DNA from: Candidatus Bathyarchaeia archaeon
Lineage (GTDB): Archaea > Thermoproteota > Bathyarchaeia > Bathyarchaeales > Bathycorpusculaceae
DNA length: 64,000 nucleotides
NCBI GenBank assembly: GCA_038883795.1
Contig: JAVZLK010000001.1
Location: forward strand, 32,001 to 96,000
Direction of reading: 5' to 3'
Numbering within the stretch: position 1 is the stretch's first letter; every line of letters begins with the position of its first letter. Positions 20,322 through 29,991 of this stretch are shown here, piece by piece. The notes beneath the pieces were generated by a model. The model had not been told where the DNA came from. It saw only the letters and a program-made list of their open reading frames with translations, and did not search any database. Both the position numbers and the translations under genes were made by a program.

Positions 20322-20930
20322 TTAGGTGGTTATCCGAATGACTCTTGTGGGCGTAACAATTAGGGATACTTTCTCGTCTCTTTCCTCGAATGGGACAGAC
20401 TCAACCACTTGCATGTCGTGAACGGTTGTTGCTATCGGAATTTTTCCGAACATGTTTTTGAGAAGGTTTATTTCCACATCTCCATAGCCGTGTCCCTTTC
20501 CAAGTCTGTGCCCATGCAGATCAACAGCCACGGAGCCTTCAACTATTAAATCCGGCTTTGGAAAAGAATGCGTTTCTGTTCCAAATTTGAATGCGCCCTT
20601 AATGGTTGAGGCAAAACGCTCTTTTCCTTTCGCTTTGGCTGGGTCAATTAGAATAAAGCCTCTTTTCAGTCTTGGAGAAGCCATTACAAGGATTTTCCCA
20701 TCTAATAGTGCATTTTCTCTAACCTTTTGCTGTGGCGAGTCTGGATTGGCAAATATGACCTTTGCTTTTCGCCATTCTTCCAGTTGGCGCAGTTTTTCGG
20801 CAGCAGCAGATGCTCCAAGAAAATTTGGTATTCTGCCCTTACATGGGAGCGGAAAAACGGCTATTCCAGAGCGTTCCATACTGTTCCAAATTTTCTCTCT
20901 TAACTGCTGCTTTTTTATGGCTATGCTCAT
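20322..20930 (-). CDS. 5-formyltetrahydrofolate cyclo-ligase family
   Basis: GRIPNF, NPDSPQ, GSVAVD..G.RLGKGHGYGD. Confidence 0.88.
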   Translation of the reverse strand: MSIAIKKQQLREKIWNSMERSGIAVFPLPCKGRIPNFLGASAAAEKLRQLEEWRKAKVIFANPDSPQQKVRENALLDGKILVMASPRLKRGFILIDPAKAKGKERFASTIKGAFKFGTETHSFPKPDLIVEGSVAVDLHGHRLGKGHGYGDVEINLLKNMFGKIPIATTVHDMQVVESVPFEERDEKVSLIVTPTRVIRITT

Positions 20931-20964
20931 GATTCTCTGCAAAATAAAATGGGAAGGGGAGGGT

Positions 20965-22176
20965 TTAAATTATTCCGAGTTTTTTGCCGCCTTCTTTGAA
21001 GGCTTCTATGGCTCTATCCAACTGTTCAGTGGTATGTTTTGTGCAAACTTGGACGCGTATTCTGGCTTTGTCCCTCGCCACCATTGGATAAAAGATTGGC
21101 AAGACAAATATTTCCTTTGACCAGAGATAATCAGCCAAATCCTTTGCAGCCTTGCTTCTTCCACACATAACCGGGATTATGGGCGTCTCAGTGTTTCCAG
21201 TGTCAAAGCCAGCATCCTGCAAACCTTCAAGAAGGTGATTGCGGTTCTCCCAAACTTTCCTTACATGCTGCGGTTCTGTTTCCAAAACATCTATAGCCGC
21301 AATACAAGCAGCAGCAACACCAGGCGGAACAGCCCCGCTTAGAAGCCAACTCCGCGCTTTGTTATAGGCAAAGTTGCGCAAATCTTCTCCTCCAGTTATG
21401 TGTCCGCCTATGACTCCGAAAGCTTTTGAGAAAGTCCCCATTTCAACATGGACTTCGTCGCGTGAAAGTTTGTAGTGGTTGACTATGCCTCTTCCGCCCT
21501 CGCCTAATACGCCTTCACCGTGGGCATCATCAACATAGACGCCTGCGCCATGTTCTTTGGCGATTTTTGCAATTTCGGGCAATGGAGCGGTGTCGCCGTC
21601 CATGCTGAAAACGCCGTCCGTGAGAATCCATATGTGCCTGTATGGCGGGTCATGTTTTTCAGCTTCGTCCATAACCCGCGCTAAATCCTCTACATCTTTA
21701 TGTTTGAAAATTGCTCTATCAGCATGGCTTAGCCTTACGCCATCAATTATGGAGCCATGGTTTAATTCGTCTGAAACGAATAAGTCGCCCTTATCAGCGA
21801 GTTGGGGAATGACACCTTCATTAGCCATAAAACCTGTTTGGAATGTCAGCGAGGCTGGAGCGTTTTTGAACTTTGCAAGACGGCGGTCCAATTCCTCGTG
21901 AAGAACCATGTTACCAGAAATCGACCTGTCGCTTCCCGCGCCTGCCCCGTATTTTTGGGTTGCTTCTATCATTGCCTTAACAACTTTTGGATGTGTTGCA
22001 AGGTTTAGGTAGTTGTTTGCACAGAGCATTAGAACCTTTTTTCCATTCACTATGCAGATGGGTTCGCTTGCAGTTTCCAAAACTTTAAGTTCCCAGTTGA
22101 GGTTTTCACGAACCAAACGTTGGTATTCTTCGCCTAAATACTTTGTTGGATGCCGTTTAATAACCAAATTAACCAC
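20965..22176 (-). CDS. kbl: Glycine C-acetyltransferase (2-amino-3-ketobutyrate CoA ligase)
   Basis: CANNYL, SDELNHGSIIDG, DGVFSMDG, DDAHG, GTFSKAFG; adjacent to tdh. Confidence 0.85.
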   Translation of the reverse strand: MVNLVIKRHPTKYLGEEYQRLVRENLNWELKVLETASEPICIVNGKKVLMLCANNYLNLATHPKVVKAMIEATQKYGAGAGSDRSISGNMVLHEELDRRLAKFKNAPASLTFQTGFMANEGVIPQLADKGDLFVSDELNHGSIIDGVRLSHADRAIFKHKDVEDLARVMDEAEKHDPPYRHIWILTDGVFSMDGDTAPLPEIAKIAKEHGAGVYVDDAHGEGVLGEGGRGIVNHYKLSRDEVHVEMGTFSKAFGVIGGHITGGEDLRNFAYNKARSWLLSGAVPPGVAAACIAAIDVLETEPQHVRKVWENRNHLLEGLQDAGFDTGNTETPIIPVMCGRSKAAKDLADYLWSKEIFVLPIFYPMVARDKARIRVQVCTKHTTEQLDRAIEAFKEGGKKLGII

Positions 22177-22224
22177 CTTTTAAAACTTATTTTCACCCTT
22201 CTTTTAACATTTCCTATTCCATTT

Positions 22225-23208
22225 TCAAAAAATAAGATTGCCTTCAGCAAACCGTTTCTTCAACTTTTCAATCATGTCCCTTGTCATGGAAGCCAAATCA
22301 TATTGGGGGTTCCATCCCCACTCCCGGCGGGCCACGCTGTCATCTATGGACATAGGCCAAGAATCCGCAATCTGCTGCCTAAAGTCGGGCTTATATTCAC
22401 ATTTGAAATCTGGAATATACTTTCTTATTTCCGCAGCCAACTCTCCCGCAGAAAAACTCATGGCGGTCACATTGTAGCTTGTGCGATGTTTTATCTGTGA
22501 AGAATCAGCCTCCATAAGTTTTAAAGCTGCGTTAAGGCAATCTGGCATATACATCATCGGCAGAACCGTATCCTCCCTCACAAAACATGTATAACGCTTA
22601 TGCTTTATGGCTTCGTAAAAAATCTCAACAGCATAATCCGTTGTACCACCGCCAGGGGGTGTCTCACTGCTTATGATGCCCGGATAACGCACACTTCGAA
22701 CATCCAAACCAAAACGCGTAAAATAATAATTGCACAGCAGTTCGCCAGCCACTTTTGTAACACCATAAATAGTTCTTGGAATAAGGATTGTATCTTGAGG
22801 CGTGTTAATGCGGGGCGCTTCTGGACCAAAAACAGCGATGGAGCTGGGCCAAAAGACTCTAACTAAATCGTGTTCCCTTGCGACTTCAAGCACATTGTAA
22901 AGGCCGTTTATGTTTACATTCCAAGCCAACTGCGGATTTTCTTCGCCAGTGGCAGAGAGAACTGCCGCCAAATGGTAAATGGTGTCGATGTCATACTCTT
23001 TTACCACTTTCTCAATGCTTTCTTTTGATGTGGTGTCAACATACTCAAAGGGGCCAGACTCTAACAATTTTTCGCTCGGTTTTCGTTTATGCCCAGCAGC
23101 AACAACATTTTCTCCACCATACTTTTTCCGAAGCTCCATTGTCAATTCAGAGCCAATTTGTCCGGTGGCGCCAGTCACCAGAATCTTTTTCATGGTTTTC
23201 TTTGACAT
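22225..23208 (-). CDS. tdh: L-threonine 3-dehydrogenase, SDR type
   Basis: GATGQIG, LSATGE, PSSIAVFG, YGVTK, PGGGTTDYAV, RQQIADSWP. Confidence 0.9.
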   Translation of the reverse strand: MSKKTMKKILVTGATGQIGSELTMELRKKYGGENVVAAGHKRKPSEKLLESGPFEYVDTTSKESIEKVVKEYDIDTIYHLAAVLSATGEENPQLAWNVNINGLYNVLEVAREHDLVRVFWPSSIAVFGPEAPRINTPQDTILIPRTIYGVTKVAGELLCNYYFTRFGLDVRSVRYPGIISSETPPGGGTTDYAVEIFYEAIKHKRYTCFVREDTVLPMMYMPDCLNAALKLMEADSSQIKHRTSYNVTAMSFSAGELAAEIRKYIPDFKCEYKPDFRQQIADSWPMSIDDSVARREWGWNPQYDLASMTRDMIEKLKKRFAEGNLIF

Positions 23209-23298
23209 TGGATAACCTCATCAGCGTGAGAAAAGGATGTTCAATTTTTAAAGATATAAGAATTTTCAGAAAGAAATCCTCTTCTAACATTGGATACT

Positions 23299-23928
23299 TT
23301 ACTTTTGAGAATTCAGCCTACGAATTAGTTCTTCAATGGGCTGTTCATGCATGCCAACCTTTATTTCAACCTCCACCTTCTCGCTGCTAACTACTATAAG
23401 GGCTGATGATTTTTCACCCCGCTTGTCTCCGCCACTTTTGCTTCCAGCTTGCAGTGCCTTCACTAATCGTGAGGCTAAGCTTCCTCTGGAAGCCTCAAAC
23501 TCTCTTGCCATACTGCTCGCAACATTTTTTGTGGAAAGCAAATTTCCAATAACAATGTAATCTTCACCTACAATTTCTGCATAATATTCTGGAACAGCAC
23601 CGCCAGTGAAAACAGCTTTCCTTCTCTTAAAATCCATCATCGCCACTTGCCTCATGTTTCTTCCAGAATCTTCCATCAAAAGTTTGGCTAAGGCTTGATC
23701 TGGAGACAAACCTTCCCTAAGCAATTCTAACCCTTTAACGCCATAAGCAACATTTGTATAAGCTTGGGTGGCGATGACGCCCACTCCAGGTTTTGCATGA
23801 GAAACTCTGTCGCCCACGTTTGTGGAGCCTGAGGCTGTGGCAACGCCCATAAGAGCGGAGTCTTCGGATATAGCCAATATAGAAAAGGTTCCGAGTGAAA
23901 GTAGCGGTTTTGCCTTCCGTGTAGACAT
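23299..23928 (-). CDS. DUF1028 family (Ntn-hydrolase-like) protein
   Basis: TFSILA, GVIATQA, RQVA, GGDKRG. Confidence 0.85.
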   Translation of the reverse strand: MSTRKAKPLLSLGTFSILAISEDSALMGVATASGSTNVGDRVSHAKPGVGVIATQAYTNVAYGVKGLELLREGLSPDQALAKLLMEDSGRNMRQVAMMDFKRRKAVFTGGAVPEYYAEIVGEDYIVIGNLLSTKNVASSMAREFEASRGSLASRLVKALQAGSKSGGDKRGEKSSALIVVSSEKVEVEIKVGMHEQPIEELIRRLNSQK

Positions 23929-24011
23929 TGTTTAAACCTATTATTCTATTAGGTGGGAAATGGCTGAAATAGTTTATAGCACGCTTAACAATCATTTTCA
24001 GATGAAGGGCC

Positions 24012-25133
24012 ATGAAGCTTGGTTTCATCGTCAATCCAATAGCTGGAATGGGAGGAAGAGTCGGACTAAAAGGAACAGATGGAGTACTAAAAGAAGCTAT
24101 TGCAAGAGGCGCCAAACCAGTTGCGCCAAAAAGGGCAGTAGAATTTCTGCAAAAACTGAAAGAAAATTTCGCCCAAACAAAAATTGAAGTCCTCACCTGC
24201 CCAGGAATTATGGGCGAAAAAGAGGCAAAGGCTGCAAATTTTCCAGTACAAATATTGCCAATGAAAATTGGAAAGGAGACAAGCGCCGAAGACACAAAAA
24301 CCGCAGTCAAACTCTTAACAGCAGCAAAGGTTGATTTGATAGTCTTTGTCGGCGGAGACGGCACAGCAAAAGATATTTTCGATGCTATGCGAGACTGTAA
24401 AGCGGAAACACCAGTTTTAGGCGTGCCCGCAGGAGTAAAAATGTATAGTGGCATTTTCGCAGTAAACCCCTCAGATGCAGCAGATATCGTTTTGGCTTTT
24501 GCTGAAAACCAAGCAGAAATTACGGAGTTTGAAATAATGGATGCCGACGAAAGCGCCATAAGAAGCGACACCTTCGCAGTAAAACTTCACGGTTTTTTGA
24601 AAGGACCTTTTTTGGCTATGCGAATTCAAGGAAGCAAACAAGTAAGCCCAGAAACAGCCGATGAGAAAGAAAACCAAACAGCAATAGCAAAGTTCATAAT
24701 AGAAGAAATGCAGCCAAACGCCACATACATACTTGGTCCTGGAACAACAGTCAAGCGCATAGCAGACCTTTTGGGCGTTCAAAAAACAGTTTTAGGCGTG
24801 GACATATACAAAAACGGCAAAGTAATGCCTGACGTGAATGAGAAGAAGATTTTGGAAGAAATAAAGGATTGGCAGAAAACTTGGATTATCCTATCACCAA
24901 TCGGGCATCAAGGAATCCTCTTGGGAAGGGGAAACCAGCAGATAAGCCCAGAAATCATTAAGCGAATTGGAAAACAACGCATAATTGTGGCAGCAACAAA
25001 AAGCAAACTCCAAAATATTGAAGGAAACGTTTTAAGAGTTGACACGGGCGATGCCGAAGCAGACGCCATGCTTAAGGGCTATATTAAAGTCATAACAGAT
25101 TATAGAGAATGGAGACTAATGCCAGTCCAATAG
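24012..25133 (+). CDS. ATP-NAD kinase family protein
   Basis: VNPIAGMGG, GGDGT, GVKMYSG, GRGNQQ. Confidence 0.88.
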   Translation: MKLGFIVNPIAGMGGRVGLKGTDGVLKEAIARGAKPVAPKRAVEFLQKLKENFAQTKIEVLTCPGIMGEKEAKAANFPVQILPMKIGKETSAEDTKTAVKLLTAAKVDLIVFVGGDGTAKDIFDAMRDCKAETPVLGVPAGVKMYSGIFAVNPSDAADIVLAFAENQAEITEFEIMDADESAIRSDTFAVKLHGFLKGPFLAMRIQGSKQVSPETADEKENQTAIAKFIIEEMQPNATYILGPGTTVKRIADLLGVQKTVLGVDIYKNGKVMPDVNEKKILEEIKDWQKTWIILSPIGHQGILLGRGNQQISPEIIKRIGKQRIIVAATKSKLQNIEGNVLRVDTGDAEADAMLKGYIKVITDYREWRLMPVQ

Positions 25134-26375
25134 CTAAGCTCCAAACTTCCTGGTTTTTCCAAGAAAATTCATTAAGATAGGCATCAAATCCATACCCCTA
25201 ATCCTGTTCAACCCGCCCTTTGCACAGGACCTTTCGCCGAACTCTTTCACATCATCGCAGCGAACATATGGACCAGTTATGGCCACGGGAACGGGGTCGG
25301 CTTCATGCTCGCCAGTTACAAGGGAGGTTGTGTGGTCTGCGGTTACAGCCAAATAAGTTGAACTTGTGTCAACATTGTTAAGCAGATAGCCAACCATTTT
25401 ATCAATTTCTTCAACCACCTTAATCTTTAGCTTAACATTTCTGTCATGACTTGCAACATCCGGCGCCTTCACATGCAAAAGCACAAAATCATAATTAGCC
25501 AGCGCATTAACTGCTGCCTTCGCTTTACCCAAATAATTGGTTTGAGGCAAACCAGTGGCGCCTTCAACCCTTATCAAATCCATTCCAGCAACCTTACAAA
25601 CTCCACCAACTAAAGGCGCAGCGCTTACACAAGCGGCTTTTACGCCATAAATTTTTGTCAAAGGCTCAATTTGAGGAATCGTACCCGCCCCTCGGCATAA
25701 GACAATATTCGCTGGACGCAAACCACGCTTAACTCTTTCTTTATTTAATGGATGAACTTCCAATATTTTATGGAATTCATGGACAAGTTCGTTGACTATT
25801 TTTGATGTTAATTTAGCCTCTGGGCTATCGTCTAATGGTTTCACTTGCCTAACCTTTTCCCCGGTTTTTCCAGGGTCAGCATCACTAACTGCACTTGACA
25901 GTTTGGCTCCGCGAAGAATCAAAACTGCACGATGCTGAAGCGTACTCCTAAACAAGAAATCAACTTTTGCTGGTTTCTTTAGCTTGATTTTCTGGAGACT
26001 TTCAGCCAGTTTCGCCGCTTCTTCATTGGAGATTCTTCCAGCACGCCTATCCAAAACAATAAAATTGTCATCAATTGTCGCAAAATTACATCGGAAACAA
26101 ACATCGCTTGGTGAAACATCTATGCCAGAGCCTATTGCTTCTAAGGCGCCTCTTCCCGAATAAACTTTTAGTGCATCGTAACCCAGCAAGGCAAGGGTAG
26201 CCACATCGCTTCCGGGCGGCGTTCCAGGTGATATTGGGTCCATTATGCCGCAGACGCCCGTTTCAGCTATTTTGTTTAATGATGGTTTTTGGGCTGCTTC
26301 TAAGGGTGTTTTCCAATTCAATTCTTTTATGGGTCTGTCAGCCATTCCATCCCCAATAACTAAAATCGCCTTCAA
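25134..26375 (-). CDS. apgM: 2,3-bisphosphoglycerate-independent phosphoglycerate mutase
   Basis: GDGMAD, PGSD, RGALEA, DRRAGRI, HVKAPDVASHD, TADH. Confidence 0.93.
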   Translation of the reverse strand: MKAILVIGDGMADRPIKELNWKTPLEAAQKPSLNKIAETGVCGIMDPISPGTPPGSDVATLALLGYDALKVYSGRGALEAIGSGIDVSPSDVCFRCNFATIDDNFIVLDRRAGRISNEEAAKLAESLQKIKLKKPAKVDFLFRSTLQHRAVLILRGAKLSSAVSDADPGKTGEKVRQVKPLDDSPEAKLTSKIVNELVHEFHKILEVHPLNKERVKRGLRPANIVLCRGAGTIPQIEPLTKIYGVKAACVSAAPLVGGVCKVAGMDLIRVEGATGLPQTNYLGKAKAAVNALANYDFVLLHVKAPDVASHDRNVKLKIKVVEEIDKMVGYLLNNVDTSSTYLAVTADHTTSLVTGEHEADPVPVAITGPYVRCDDVKEFGERSCAKGGLNRIRGMDLMPILMNFLGKTRKFGA

Positions 26376-26626
26376 TCTTCGTTCACGCCATCCACTTGAA
26401 AGACGAACAAATTCATTTTATGCGGTTGTTCGGTTAAAACACTTGCGCACATACGCAACCAATTTTCACGATAAGAAAATGTTTAATAGCAACTTTTCAT
26501 ATCCTTCTAAGGCGTGGTTGAAATGGGCGATTGCGTTCCACATCACTAAATTTTCGCAACACTTAGCCCACATCAGAATCTGTTCTCCATTAGAATTATA
26601 TTCAACAAAAAAGACAGAAGGGAGAG

Positions 26627-28075
26627 ATGCGCATGTCAGAGATGGGATTGACAGTTAAAAAGGCTGAAGACTTCTCAGAGTGGTACACGCAGGTTGTTGT
26701 AAAGTCTGGATTGGCAGATTATGCACCTGTCAAGGGCTGCATGATATTCCGCGAACTTTCCTACGCCATATGGGAGAAAATCCAAGAAACCTTCAACGAA
26801 AAAATTAAGGCTACGGGACACAATAATGTTTACTTCCCACTGTTTATACCCGAAAGTTTCCTGAAAAAAGAGGCTGAACACTTCAAGGGGTTCGTTCCCC
26901 AAGTTGCATGGGTCACCATCGGCGGAGAAACACCATTAGAGGAAAGACTTGCTATAAGACCCACGTCAGAGACGATAATGTATGCCACATACGCCAAGTG
27001 GATTAGAAGCTGGAGGGACTTACCATTAAAGCTTAATCAGTGGAACAGCGTTGTAAGATGGGAAACAGAAGCCACCAAACTTTTCCTACGCACAAGAGAA
27101 TTCCTCTGGCAAGAAGGTCATACAGCCCACGCAACAAAGGAAGAGGCAGACCAAGAGGTTATGGAAATCCTAAGCATATACAAGGAAATTATAGAAAATT
27201 ACCTAGCCATCCCTGTTCTCGCTGGGAGGAAAACAGAAAATGAAAAGTTCAAAGGCGCATTATACACTACAACCTTAGAGGCTTTAATGCCAGACGGCAA
27301 AGCCCTACAAATGGGAACATCCCACCAGCTTGGCCAAAATTTCTCCAAAGCCTTCAACATAAAATTCCTCGACAAAGACGAAAAGGAAAGATACGTTTGG
27401 CAAACATCCTGGGGTTTTTCAACAAGAATGATAGGCGCCATGGTGATGGTCCACGGCGACGACAAGGGGTTAGTATTACCGCCGAAGGTTGCGCCAATCC
27501 AAGCGGTTATAGTTCCAATACCCTACAAAGACGCTGATTCCACGGCAATACTGGCAAAAGCTAAAGAAATCTATGAAAAACTGAAAAAACATGGCATATC
27601 AGCGGTTCTTGACGACAGAAGCGAATACACGCCTGGATGGAAATTTAACGAGTGGGAACTTAAAGGTGTGCCAATAAGAATAGAAATTGGTCCGAGGGAT
27701 TTAAAACAAAAACAAGCAACATTAGCCAGAAGAGACACATTCGAAAGAATCACCATAAAAGAAGAAGAAATAATTGACGCTGTGGCTAAGCTGCTGGAAG
27801 AAATTCAAAAAAACCTTTTCACCAAAGCCAAAAAATTCTTGGAAGAAAACATAACTACAGTAAACAGTTACGAGGAATTCAAAAAAACCCTAAAAGAAAA
27901 AGGTGGATTTATTAGGGCTTGCTGGTGCGCCGATTCTGCATGTGAAGAAAAAATAAAGGAAGAGACTGGGGCAACCATAAGAATAGTGCCCTTCGAAAGG
28001 GAAAAAATCTTCTCAAAATGCATCTATTGCGAAAAAGAAGCAAAGGAAGTTGTCTACTTCGCCAGAGCCTATTAA
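26627..28075 (+). CDS. proS: Proline--tRNA ligase (archaeal/eukaryotic type)
   Basis: RPTSET, RTREFLWQEGH, QTSWG, C-terminal Zn motif and terminal ARAY. Confidence 0.97.
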   Translation: MRMSEMGLTVKKAEDFSEWYTQVVVKSGLADYAPVKGCMIFRELSYAIWEKIQETFNEKIKATGHNNVYFPLFIPESFLKKEAEHFKGFVPQVAWVTIGGETPLEERLAIRPTSETIMYATYAKWIRSWRDLPLKLNQWNSVVRWETEATKLFLRTREFLWQEGHTAHATKEEADQEVMEILSIYKEIIENYLAIPVLAGRKTENEKFKGALYTTTLEALMPDGKALQMGTSHQLGQNFSKAFNIKFLDKDEKERYVWQTSWGFSTRMIGAMVMVHGDDKGLVLPPKVAPIQAVIVPIPYKDADSTAILAKAKEIYEKLKKHGISAVLDDRSEYTPGWKFNEWELKGVPIRIEIGPRDLKQKQATLARRDTFERITIKEEEIIDAVAKLLEEIQKNLFTKAKKFLEENITTVNSYEEFKKTLKEKGGFIRACWCADSACEEKIKEETGATIRIVPFEREKIFSKCIYCEKEAKEVVYFARAY

Positions 28076-28088
28076 CCTATCACTTTAA

Positions 28089-29933
28089 TTAATCAAAGAG
28101 TTTAACACGCTTTTGAAGCTGCTTGGCAATGTCCTCCAATCCCAACTTTTTCAATGCTGTTTTTGTTGGAATCCCCCGTTCATCCCAACCTCGTTTTTTG
28201 TAGTATCTCCGCAACATAACATCATACTTTGTTCTGTCGAGTTTTGCTCCTTTGAAGGAACCCTTAGTTAATGGTTCCTCGAACCATCTTGCTGGCGGAA
28301 AATCCATCTCAGCGCTCCATTTTTTGCCATATTCGCGAATCCAGAAAGCACGAATCAAATTGAAAATCCTATCAGCAATAATATTCAATTCTTCCCAACT
28401 CATCTCCAGTCCAGTGACAGCGTGCAAAAACTTTGTGTACCATTCAAGTTCAAAGCCAAGCTCAATCCATGGAAGCCTACAAACAGTTAACGACTCAAAA
28501 ACCCCTCCACGGATGCGCTGAAACTCTATAACCTTATCAACCTTTTCCTCGCTGTAGCTTTCACGTCCAAACTTAACTTCCCAAGAAATAACCCAAGCAT
28601 CCTTGTGGTGGGCGCCGATGGAGCTTGTTGCATAAGCCAAAGCCATAGCTGGAGTAGTGTGACAATCGTAAGCGGAAATTTCCAAGCCTTTCACATGCAT
28701 AGCCCAGCGACTTGAGTTCTTGCCGATTTTTTCAGCTGCAAAACGAACCCCTTCGGCTAAAAGGTTGCCTAAACCACGTCTGTAGGCTATATCTTCAATC
28801 AAACTTTTAGTTTCCTTAAACTTTCCCCAAGAAACTTTCTCTTCAATCAAACCCTTTTCAGAGGCTTCCATAGCAAAACCAATGACATTTCCTAACGAAA
28901 TCGTGTCTAAGCCAAGTTCGTCTGCAACTCGGTTGAGGGCTGCAACTTGTTTTAAGTTGCCTAACCCAATGTTTGAGCCAAGCATGGCAACATTCTCATA
29001 ATCAAGTTCGCTCGCTCTCCTATCCGAATCCTTTACAACATTGCCGCATGTCATATTACACTGTGGACAGCCACGATTTGATGTTTTAATTTTCTCCATG
29101 CTAAAGCCGCCTATGGTTTCTGCCTCTTCAAAAACGCCTTCACGATAATTATATGTTGGAAGAACACTGTTTTCTTGGCTCCACTCAATAGTCATCATTG
29201 TCCCCTGCCTCTTCCAAAAGGCATAGTTGGGCTTAGTTAAAACTTCTCTGTAAGCGTCCGCGCCCAACTCCTTCATTTCTTTAGGATAGGCAGCAGACAA
29301 CTCGCCAGAACCAACAAAAACCACAGCCTTCAAATTCTTCGAACCCATAACAGCTCCCATTCCAGGTCTTCCACCAGCACGTCCTTCCTGCGAAACTATA
29401 TTCGCAAACTTTACAAGATTTTCTCCGCCAGGCCCTATGCATAGGATTCCAGCCGTAGAACCATAAACCTCTCTAAGCTTTCTCTCAGCCTCAAAGGAGG
29501 ATGCGCCCCAAAGGTCTTTGGCGTCCAAAAACTCTGCTTGAATGTCTTGGACAAGAAGAACTATGGGCTTTTTTGCTTTACCCTCAATGATTACAGCGTC
29601 GTAACCAGCTTTCCGAATTTGAACAGCCGCATAAGTTCCAATGTTTCCATCACCATAACCTCCAGTCAAAGGACTCTTTGAAGCCACGACCATTTTGCCG
29701 CTGCTAGGCAAGGCAAAGCCAGTTAATGGACCAACAGCAAAAACCAGTTTATTTTCAGGAGATAAAGGTTCGATTCCGGGTTTAAGTTCATCCCACAAAA
29801 TCTTGGCGGCAAACCCCCTCCCGCCCAAAAAATTTTTTGCAAAGCTCGCATCATACGGTTTTGCAACTGCCTTGCTTTTACTCAAATTTACATACAAAAG
29901 TTTGCCATTCCATCCATACATATCTAACGCCAC
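28089..29933 (-). CDS. for: Tungsten formaldehyde:ferredoxin oxidoreductase (FOR-like)
   Basis: KSPLTGGYGDGN, SQEGRAGGRPG, WKRQGT, CPQCNMTCG, ELDYEN, GAHHKDAW match Pyrococcus FOR as I recall it. Confidence 0.85.
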   Translation of the reverse strand: MALDMYGWNGKLLYVNLSKSKAVAKPYDASFAKNFLGGRGFAAKILWDELKPGIEPLSPENKLVFAVGPLTGFALPSSGKMVVASKSPLTGGYGDGNIGTYAAVQIRKAGYDAVIIEGKAKKPIVLLVQDIQAEFLDAKDLWGASSFEAERKLREVYGSTAGILCIGPGGENLVKFANIVSQEGRAGGRPGMGAVMGSKNLKAVVFVGSGELSAAYPKEMKELGADAYREVLTKPNYAFWKRQGTMMTIEWSQENSVLPTYNYREGVFEEAETIGGFSMEKIKTSNRGCPQCNMTCGNVVKDSDRRASELDYENVAMLGSNIGLGNLKQVAALNRVADELGLDTISLGNVIGFAMEASEKGLIEEKVSWGKFKETKSLIEDIAYRRGLGNLLAEGVRFAAEKIGKNSSRWAMHVKGLEISAYDCHTTPAMALAYATSSIGAHHKDAWVISWEVKFGRESYSEEKVDKVIEFQRIRGGVFESLTVCRLPWIELGFELEWYTKFLHAVTGLEMSWEELNIIADRIFNLIRAFWIREYGKKWSAEMDFPPARWFEEPLTKGSFKGAKLDRTKYDVMLRRYYKKRGWDERGIPTKTALKKLGLEDIAKQLQKRVKLFD

Positions 29934-29991
29934 TCTAAAGTGGTTTATAGTTTCTATTTAAGAGCAAATAAAATTAGTGATGTAAAAAGGG

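Noticed and set aside
23735-24571. 278-aa minus-strand ORF
   Set aside because: Antisense to the NAD-kinase family gene, with no recognisable motifs. The same applies to the many short antisense ORFs in the track.
26525-26580. Repeat CCACATCA (TGATGTGG on the minus strand) resembling C and C' boxes of a C/D sRNA
   Set aside because: The boxes end in T instead of A and there is no terminal CTGA D box.
26245-26658. 137-aa ORF spanning the apgM-proS gap
   Set aside because: Overlaps both genes and crosses promoter-like AT-rich sequence; no motifs.
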